Shown here: one piece after another, positions 58,069-64,000 of the stretch
Layout of the letters: each line of letters starts with the position of its first letter
Numbering within the stretch: position 1 is the stretch's first letter
Source: an uncultured Pseudomonadales bacterium
Lineage (GTDB): Bacteria > Pseudomonadota > Gammaproteobacteria > Pseudomonadales > JADFDG01
DNA length: 64,000 nucleotides
Direction: 5' to 3'
NCBI GenBank assembly: GCA_964574995.1
Contig: CAZNPF010000013.1
Span: 9,050-73,049, forward strand
The notes under the pieces: generated by a model
What the model was told of the DNA's origin: nothing
Databases searched by the model: none
The model's input: the letters and a program-made list of their open reading frames with translations, nothing else
Program-made: the position numbers and the translations under genes

Positions 58069-58126
58069 TCAACCCGCGCCGATAAAATCCTCCGCAGCCA
58101 GCGCCGCGCAGCCAGTGCAATGCGCA

Positions 58127-58165
58127 GAAAAAGACGCGGGGCTGGACCGCCCCCGCGTCTTGTTT
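58127..58165. terminator. Bidirectional terminator between convergent HIT and comEA-like genes
   Basis: AAAAAGACGCGGGG-(9-nt loop)-CCCCGCGTCTTGTTT. Confidence 0.6.
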
Positions 58166-58183
58166 CATTCCTGACGACAGCGT

Positions 58184-58468
58184 TCACTGCAAACGAACGT
58201 TGGCGCGGACTTTCTCCACCGTTTTATCGCCGACGCCTTTCACATCGGACAACTGCTCAACCGATTTGAACGGGCCATGCTTTTCACGAAATTCGACTAT
58301 AGCGCGCGCCGTTTTAATGCCCACGCCTTTGAGCGACTCCGCAATCTCTTCGGCACCGGCTTTGTTGATATTGACCGGTGCTGCCAATGCCAGAGACGGC
58401 AGTGCCGCTCCCACTGCCACAGCCAAGATCACCGAGGCAAGACCACGCTTCAGATCGAAATATTTCAT
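58184..58468 (-). CDS. ComEA-like periplasmic helix-hairpin-helix DNA-binding protein
   Basis: 94 aa with a signal peptide and two HhH motifs (INKAGAEEIAESLKGVGIKTARAIV; LSDVKGVGDKTVEKV). Confidence 0.85.
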   Translation of the reverse strand: MKYFDLKRGLASVILAVAVGAALPSLALAAPVNINKAGAEEIAESLKGVGIKTARAIVEFREKHGPFKSVEQLSDVKGVGDKTVEKVRANVRLQ

Positions 58469-58627
58469 TGTGCAATCTCCCTATTGATGGCCCCTAAGGG
58501 CTGTAACGAAAGGTATTCCGCCCTTCGTCTGCCGTGCGCAGCACAGCTGCGACGCGAGAGATACTGAAACAATCATGTTGAACTGTGCAGCGGCAGCCGC
58601 CAGCAATAGCGTGCGATTTCGGCGTAA

Positions 58628-59404
58628 TTAATCGCCGGTAATTGCCTTTTCGACGGGGCCGAGACGCGCCATTTGCGCTTGTATCCAACCGGCATGCGCC
58701 GAGACATATGCTGAAGGCTTTGCTGGATTTCGACGACTCGGAGCCGGCAATACCGCCGCCAGCAAGGATGCCTCTCGCGCATCGAGTTTTGCTGCAGATT
58801 TGTGGAAATAAAATTGTGCTGCGGCTTCTGCACCGTACACACCACGACCAAATTCCACGCTATTGAGATACACCTCGAGAATACGCTCCTTGCTCCAGAG
58901 CGTTTCCATCATCAAGGTCAACCATGCCTCCAAACCCTTTCGCGCATAACTACGCCCAGGCCAGAGAAAAATATTTTTGCTCGTTTGCTGCGAGATCGTG
59001 CTGGCACCACGAATTTTTCGGCCACGCTGGTTTCGCTCGAATGCTTTACCCATCGCCTCAAAATCCAAACCGTAATGATCTGGAAATTTCTGATCTTCAC
59101 TGGCGATCACCGCGCGCTGTAACTGTGGCGATATTTTTTTGATCGATACCCAATCGTGCCGCAACCGATAGGGACGATCATCCCGCCAACCAGCCAGCGT
59201 TCCACGCATCATGAAACTGGTGACGGGCACCGGCACAAAACGAAACACCGAAAACCACAGCGCCGGTAACACGACGCACAGGATCAACGCCGATATCAGC
59301 AGCCACTTGAACCATTGCCGAAAGACTTTCTTCCAATTCTGGCGCGGCTGCGCTGCCGACATCAAAGCAAATGGCGTGGCACCACGCCGACGATCAGAAC
59401 GCAT
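58628..59404 (-). CDS. mtgA: Monofunctional biosynthetic peptidoglycan transglycosylase
   Basis: GT51 motifs EDQKFPDHYG, RGASTISQQT and RKGLEAWLT. The start is ambiguous: ATG 59404 overlaps yciO by 11 nt, while ATG 59362 fits the E. coli length better. Confidence 0.88.
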   Translation of the reverse strand: MRSDRRRGATPFALMSAAQPRQNWKKVFRQWFKWLLISALILCVVLPALWFSVFRFVPVPVTSFMMRGTLAGWRDDRPYRLRHDWVSIKKISPQLQRAVIASEDQKFPDHYGLDFEAMGKAFERNQRGRKIRGASTISQQTSKNIFLWPGRSYARKGLEAWLTLMMETLWSKERILEVYLNSVEFGRGVYGAEAAAQFYFHKSAAKLDAREASLLAAVLPAPSRRNPAKPSAYVSAHAGWIQAQMARLGPVEKAITGD

Positions 59405-60011
59405 CGACCGCACCCAAACCCACGCGCAACACTTCCGGTGCACCATCAAGCAAACTGACGACTGATGTTTCTTCCGCCAGCCCTGGCCCGCCGTCGATCA
59501 CCAAATCAACCTGTTTCTGCAGCGCATCACGGATTTCTTCGGGATCGCAGCGCGGGAATTCTTCGTCCGGCAGAAGCAGCGTCGTAGTCAGCAGTGGTTC
59601 GCCGAGTTCGGCCAGAAGCGCTTGGCAAATAGCATTATCCGGTACGCGAATGCCGATCGTTTTTCGTTTTTCGTGCATCAACCGGCGTGGCACCTCAGCG
59701 CTGCCCTGCAACACAAAAGTGTACGCGCCCGGTGTGTGCGCCTTGAGAAATCGGAATTGACTGTTGTCGACTTTGGCGTAGGTGGCAATCTCCGAAAGAT
59801 CGCGACAAAGCAACGTGAACAAATGTTTATCGTCCAGTCGACGGATGCGCACAATGCGCTCCAGCGCCTGCTTGTCCGCCAAATGACAGCCGATGGCATA
59901 AGCCGTATCGGTGGGATACACGATGACGCCGCCAGCGCGGGCAATATCCGCGGCTTGGCGAACCAGCCGCGGCTGCGGATTGTCGGGATGAATGCGGAAA
60001 TACTGGCTCAC
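59394..60011 (-). CDS. yciO: YciO (YrdC/Sua5-fold, threonylcarbamoyl-AMP synthase family) protein
   Basis: The GTG at 60011 gives (M)SQYFRIHPDNPQPRL..GGVIVYPTDTAYAIGC. This is collinear with E. coli YciO MSQFFYIHPDNPQQRL as recalled. The track start 60146 overlaps the upstream PHP gene. Confidence 0.85.
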   Translation of the reverse strand: MSQYFRIHPDNPQPRLVRQAADIARAGGVIVYPTDTAYAIGCHLADKQALERIVRIRRLDDKHLFTLLCRDLSEIATYAKVDNSQFRFLKAHTPGAYTFVLQGSAEVPRRLMHEKRKTIGIRVPDNAICQALLAELGEPLLTTTLLLPDEEFPRCDPEEIRDALQKQVDLVIDGGPGLAEETSVVSLLDGAPEVLRVGLGAVDAF

Positions 60012-60054
60012 GAAACGGCCCTCGGCACAGCCGGCACCATAACTGAAAGCCCCA

Positions 60055-60885
60055 TCAAAATAACTCCCAGACAGGCCGGATACCGGCCGGCAACTCGCCC
60101 GCCGCGCCCAACTGCGCCCAAGGCATGTTGCCGCCGTGAAAATCACTGGCTACCGAGCCGGCCAGCGCGAACTGCTTGGCCAACAACATCATCGCTTCAA
60201 CCTGATTGATCTGCTGTCCGGGCAACTTCACCTCCAGCGCACCGCCACCCGCTGCGGCAAATTGCCCCACCAGCCGCCGCAACTTGGATCGCGTCAGGTG
60301 ATAGCGCGCCGGGTGGGCAATCACCGCCACGCCGCCAGCACCCCGAATCCACGCCACCGCCTCTTCAATGCTGGCCCAAGGCGTGGGCACATAGGCCACC
60401 TGCCCCTGCTTTAGAAATCGATTGAAGGCGTGGTCCGTATCGCGGGCCGCCCCCGCTTCAATGATGGCGCGGGCAAAGTGTGGCCGCCCCGGGCGCTCAT
60501 TGCCGGCCAAGGCGCAGGCTCGCTCCCAGCAGCCTGGTACGCCGGCCCGCGCTAGCCGCTCGGCAATGGTTTGCCCGCGCTGACGGCGCGCGTCGAACTG
60601 GCGCTGCAGCCCAGCCAGAAGGCCTTGCTCAGACGGATCCACATTGAGCCCGACAATGTGGATGTCGTGACCTTCCCAGCGGGTGGATATTTCTACGCCA
60701 GCAACAAACCGCAGCCCGACCGCCGTCGCGGCGCTCTGCGCCTCTGCAATGCCATCCAACGTGTCGTGATCGGTCAACGCCAGCAACTCGACACCGCGCT
60801 GCACGGCGCGCGCAACGACCGCCGCTGGCGCAAGTTCGCCATCGGATCGGTAGGAGTGACAGTGCAGGTCCGCTATCATCGCCAC
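60055..60885 (-). CDS. trpH: PHP-domain phosphoesterase (TrpH/YciV-like 3',5'-nucleoside bisphosphate phosphatase / RNase AM)
   Basis: N-terminal DLHCHSYRSDG PHP motif. It pairs with yciO downstream, as in E. coli. Confidence 0.8.
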   Translation of the reverse strand: MAMIADLHCHSYRSDGELAPAAVVARAVQRGVELLALTDHDTLDGIAEAQSAATAVGLRFVAGVEISTRWEGHDIHIVGLNVDPSEQGLLAGLQRQFDARRQRGQTIAERLARAGVPGCWERACALAGNERPGRPHFARAIIEAGAARDTDHAFNRFLKQGQVAYVPTPWASIEEAVAWIRGAGGVAVIAHPARYHLTRSKLRRLVGQFAAAGGGALEVKLPGQQINQVEAMMLLAKQFALAGSVASDFHGGNMPWAQLGAAGELPAGIRPVWELF

Positions 60886-60915
60886 GCCCCGCTCATTGCT
60901 GGTTTTCTTCTACAC

Positions 60916-61509
60916 ATGAAATCGTTGTTCGACCTCTTTCCTGCCATCGCCTTCTTTGCCGCGTTCTACCTCGGCGGCAAAGACATCATATACGCCACCA
61001 CCATCCTGATGATCGCCAGTGTGGCGCAAGTTTTGCTGGGCTGGCTGCTGTGGCGAAAGATCGATCGTATGCATCTGGTAGTGCTGGGCATCGTGCTGAT
61101 TTTTGGCGGCCTCACATTACTTTTTCGTGATGAAACCTTCATCAAATTAAAACCCACCATTGTCGATGGTGTATTCGTCGCCGTACTGCTGGGCAGTGAT
61201 TTCTTATTCCAACGCAACCTGATTCGTATGGGTGCGGAAGCGATGGTTAAACGTATGGGCGAAGGCATGCACATCGTCGCACCGGATTCGACATGGCGAT
61301 GGGTGAACCTGGCTGCTGCTGCATTCTTTGCTGGCTGCGGCGCGCTCAATGTGTGGTTGATCGGACGCGTCGATACCGAAACTTGGGTAGACATCAAAAC
61401 CTTCGGTTATCCGGTGCTTAACATTCTGTTCATGATCGTCTTGATGACCTGGCTGTGGCGGCACATCGTGCAACCCAAAACCGATACGACTGAAAGGAAC
61501 GGGAAATAA
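60916..61509 (+). CDS. yciB: Inner-membrane septation protein A (YciB/IspZ)
   Basis: ATG 60916 gives [19 protein letters not shown], and the protein has five TM segments. The track ORF 60571.. is a 5' extension antisense to the PHP gene. Confidence 0.85.
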   Translation: MKSLFDLFPAIAFFAAFYLGGKDIIYATTILMIASVAQVLLGWLLWRKIDRMHLVVLGIVLIFGGLTLLFRDETFIKLKPTIVDGVFVAVLLGSDFLFQRNLIRMGAEAMVKRMGEGMHIVAPDSTWRWVNLAAAAFFAGCGALNVWLIGRVDTETWVDIKTFGYPVLNILFMIVLMTWLWRHIVQPKTDTTERNGK

Positions 61510-61511
61510 CC

Positions 61512-61811
61512 ATGCTCTATTCGATCAGTGGCGAAGATGTCCCCGGCTCACTCGAAAAGCGAATGGCCGCACGCGCGGCACATCTCGCCCGCTTGCAAGC
61601 ATTACAGGCTGCCGGTCGGCTTGTGTTGGCCGGCCCGCACCCCGCTATCGACAACGAAAATCCCGGTGACGCCGGCTTCACCGGCAGTCTGATCGTTGCC
61701 GAATTTTCATCGCTGGACGAAGCCAAAACGTGGGCGGACGCCGACCCTTATATTGCAGCAGGTGTTTACCGCTCGGTGAATGTAAAACCGTTCCGTCGTG
61801 TACTGCCCTGA
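61512..61811 (+). CDS. yciI: YciI family protein
   Basis: 99 aa. It starts 2 nt after yciB. The YCII-like pattern is ..RAAHLARL......LAGP......GSLIV.EF.S..EA..WA..DPY..AGVY. Confidence 0.8.
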   Translation: MLYSISGEDVPGSLEKRMAARAAHLARLQALQAAGRLVLAGPHPAIDNENPGDAGFTGSLIVAEFSSLDEAKTWADADPYIAAGVYRSVNVKPFRRVLP

Positions 61812-61933
61812 AACCGACGCATTCAATCTGTTATTACCGCGATTACTCACAATTGCTCACGATTGCTCTCCCCAGCGGGAAGCGAACAAGCCGAACGAGA
61901 TGCTCGAACGGAAAACTTGAAAAGGTGCCACCG

Positions 61934-62605
61934 ATGATTACGCGCCAACTTCCCGTTCATATCGCTGTGGCAGGCCTGCTGTTTTGTGCAGTCAGCAGTT
62001 TTGCTGCAGAGCCTGGCTATATCACGGACCGCATCAGCACACCGTTGCGCGTCAACCCGGTCAATGATGCCAAAACCGTCGGTGAGCAACTGATATCCGG
62101 CACGCCCGTAGACATTCTGCAGCGCTCTCCCGACGGCAAATGGGCGCGTGTTCGCTTTCAGCAAGTGGAAGGCTGGCTGCCAGCCAATTTGCTACAAAGC
62201 GGGCAAACCGCACGCGATCAGTTCGCCGAGCTGCAAGCACGCTACGATGCGCTAGCGCGCGAACAAAAAGGCGAAGGCGGGCAGATGAAAGATCTGCAAG
62301 CTGAAGTGCAGGCACTGCGTGCTCAACTGGCGCAAATGACCGCCGATCGTGATACCGCACTTAAGCAACTGGGTGATCTGAAATTTGATTCAGCGGAACC
62401 GCAGAAACTCGCCACCAGCAATCAGCAACTGGGCGCACGCACCACGCAGTTGGGTATCGATAACGAACGCATGAGCAACGAAATCCACCGCCTTGAGGAA
62501 GATCATTCCTCCAGTTTTCTGCTTTACGGTGGGCTGATCGTATTTGGTGGCGTGGTCATTGGCTGGCTGCTGGGTCGGCAACCGGGACGTCGCTCGGGCT
62601 GGTAA
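61934..62605 (+). CDS. YgiM-like SH3-domain protein (signal peptide + SH3 + coiled coil + C-terminal TM anchor)
   Basis: ATG 61934. Signal peptide AVAGLLFCAVSSFA-AEP. SH3-like segment YITDRISTPLRVNP...GKWARVRF.QVEGWLPANLL. It also has a long coiled coil and a C-terminal TM segment FLLYGGLIVFGGVVIGWLLG. This is the same architecture as E. coli YgiM as recalled. Confidence 0.75.
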   Translation: MITRQLPVHIAVAGLLFCAVSSFAAEPGYITDRISTPLRVNPVNDAKTVGEQLISGTPVDILQRSPDGKWARVRFQQVEGWLPANLLQSGQTARDQFAELQARYDALAREQKGEGGQMKDLQAEVQALRAQLAQMTADRDTALKQLGDLKFDSAEPQKLATSNQQLGARTTQLGIDNERMSNEIHRLEEDHSSSFLLYGGLIVFGGVVIGWLLGRQPGRRSGW

Positions 62606-63746
62606 CGGTTTCTGCCGGCAATTCCGTTGGCGTGATCACAACGGGCGGCTGCTCACTAGGCGCTTGCATCCTAGGGCCGCCCGTTTCAGTCGTTTGCATT
62701 TGCGTTTGCGACTCGCTTGTCGCAGCAGTTTCCTGCCCAGAATCCGGCGGCCCGATCACTGTTTCTTGCGCCGATGGCCTGCTTTGGTTTTGACCGTCAT
62801 CACCAAACCAGAACTCTGCACGCAGCACGATACCCGGATTGCTGCGAAATTCATGATCTCTCGCCCAGTCCATGAACGGTTCTACTTCCACGAAGAACCA
62901 AGGACGAAATAAGCGTTGTCGATAGCGGACCGACACAGAATAACTCTGATCACGCCACTCCGGTTCTTCTTCAAACACACCAAAAGCGTTGTAACTAATC
63001 GCGCGATCTTTGTTGACTTGGCGCATCAACTGCACACCTTCGCGTACCAGCAGGCCGTCAAACTCCTGTGATAATCCCAACTGCGTACTCACGCGAAATA
63101 ACCGCCCGTTATTCATGGGGTGCTCGGCTTCCAGCAAAGAGTATTCACTCCAGCCCGGGCCATCTTGAAAAATAAAGGCTTGCGTATAGCGCAATTGCAA
63201 CCAATGTTCTGGAAGCCAATGTTTTACATAACGCGCACGCGCAAACACTCTTGCCTGGGAACGTAACCCCAGATCGAAGTCTGCACGGCTGGTATTCTTG
63301 AATTTGACCAGATAGCGCATGGCTGCCGAAGCCTGCTTTGGAACATTTTGCTCAGGCAATTCATGCGCAGTTTCACCGGGCAGAAGTTCGGAATCCGACT
63401 CAACGTTATCGTCAAAAACCAAACTCAAGCGGTCGCTGAGATTAGGCAAATTGACGCTGGCCTTGAACCGCACCCGGTATTCGTCGTAATCCAGATCGGT
63501 GTATTGCGCTTGTGGAATGATGCGCACTAACGCGGAGGCCACTTCCTCCTCACGCTGATCGCCAAAAAATCGATCAAACCAAATCGCCGGGCCACAGGCC
63601 TTGGCAGAGAAATAGCCTTGCGCCCGATCAAACCAACGCGGAGATTCCGGCAGCGTATCCTGACAAGCCTTATCCGTTGCCCATAACGGGCCCGAAGCCA
63701 CAGCAACGGCGAGTAGCAGAAAAAAGCGGCAGCGAGTCATGCCCAC
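62556..63746 (-). CDS. Putative outer-membrane protein with 82-aa disordered C-terminal tail
   Basis: Signal peptide MGMTRCRFFLLLAVAVASGPLWA-TD. Beta-rich core ending ..GIVLRAEFWF (beta-signal-like). This is followed by a P/T/E/Q/S-rich tail. Confidence 0.65.
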   Translation of the reverse strand: MGMTRCRFFLLLAVAVASGPLWATDKACQDTLPESPRWFDRAQGYFSAKACGPAIWFDRFFGDQREEEVASALVRIIPQAQYTDLDYDEYRVRFKASVNLPNLSDRLSLVFDDNVESDSELLPGETAHELPEQNVPKQASAAMRYLVKFKNTSRADFDLGLRSQARVFARARYVKHWLPEHWLQLRYTQAFIFQDGPGWSEYSLLEAEHPMNNGRLFRVSTQLGLSQEFDGLLVREGVQLMRQVNKDRAISYNAFGVFEEEPEWRDQSYSVSVRYRQRLFRPWFFVEVEPFMDWARDHEFRSNPGIVLRAEFWFGDDGQNQSRPSAQETVIGPPDSGQETAATSESQTQMQTTETGGPRMQAPSEQPPVVITPTELPAETVTSPSDVPVADPAASQ

Positions 63747-63751
63747 AGCCT

Positions 63752-63789
63752 AAAAGAAAACGGTGCCGTTCCGAAAGGGACGGCACCGT
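63752..63789 (-). terminator. Rho-independent terminator of the upstream CoA-transferase gene
   Basis: The minus strand reads ACGGTGCCGTCCC-TTTC-GGAACGGCACCGT followed by TTTTCTTTT. Confidence 0.75.
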
Positions 63790-63826
63790 AAACTCGGTCA
63801 CAAGACGAGCGAATAACCCCAGAAAA

Positions 63827-64000
63827 TCAGGCGATCACACCGGACTTTTTCAAGGCTGACAGTTGCTCTGCGCTCACACCAACACCATCCAATATCTCGT
63901 CCGTATGCGCACCCAATGGCGCGCCAATGAAGTCGTAGCGCGGCTGCGTCCGTGAAAACTTAATCGCGCTAGCGATCTGCTTCTGGGTGCCGCCATTCGG
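63827..64000 (-). CDS. CoA-transferase family III (CaiB/BaiF-like), C-terminal 57 aa only (5' end outside window)
   Basis: The minus-strand frame is open from the window end to the TGA at 63827-63829. It translates to ..RYDFIGAPLGAHTDEILDGVGVSAEQLSALKKSGVIA, the typical family III CoA-transferase C-terminus (LGEHTxEVL...G.I). Confidence 0.6.
   Translation of the reverse strand, partial: PNGGTQKQIASAIKFSRTQPRYDFIGAPLGAHTDEILDGVGVSAEQLSALKKSGVIA

Noticed and set aside
60571-60915. 5' extension of the yciB ORF (312-aa track ORF)
   Set aside because: The extension is antisense to the PHP (trpH-like) gene. YciB homology and TM helix 1 start at ATG 60916.

Overview
This is 64 kb of GC-rich gammaproteobacterial chromosomal backbone. 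I count about 62 protein genes and 2 tRNAs, and I see no rRNA, CRISPR array, integrase, transposase or prophage signal. Many ORFs in the supplied track are over-extended at the 5' end or are antisense shadow ORFs, so I re-set starts where sequence context allowed.

Left third: a 783+-codon lipoprotein gene at the window edge is missing from the ORF track because it has no stop in the window. It is followed by rsmC and an M61 peptidase. Next is a 13-kb co-directional minus-strand array, gyrA-serC-pheA-hisC-tyrA/aroA-cmk-rpsA-ihfB-lapA-lapB-pyrF, in Pseudomonas-type synteny. Then come a divergent mtaD-ubiG-HAD-yciK operon, rluB (lacking its S4 domain), scpB, scpA, trpS, a tRNA-Glu/tRNA-Gly operon with a textbook promoter, msrB, alaA, htpX and pdxB.

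Middle (34.8-45.0 kb), the standout: ten tightly coupled genes encode one MotA/TolQ/ExbB channel, two ExbD/TolR paralogues (one with Asn in place of the proton-relay Asp), two TonB-C-like (AgmX/PglI-type) proteins, three TPR proteins (two of them lipoproteins) and two small secreted proteins. No TonB-dependent receptor or Fur box is visible. The locus resembles the core of the myxobacterial Agl-Glt machinery, and I know of no assigned function for it in this kind of host.

Right third: epmC, a MATE pump, an orphan protein with operator-like direct repeats upstream, rlmM/AmpG-like/tusA, an OMP, AraC-purU, and a peroxisome-type beta-oxidation trio (ACAD, MFE-2-type dehydrogenase, SCPx-type thiolase). 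These are followed by HIT, comEA, mtgA, yciO, trpH, yciB, yciI, a YgiM-like SH3 protein, an OM protein with a long disordered tail, and a partial CoA-transferase.

All family assignments come from reading motifs by eye and from remembered reference sequences. No database search was run.
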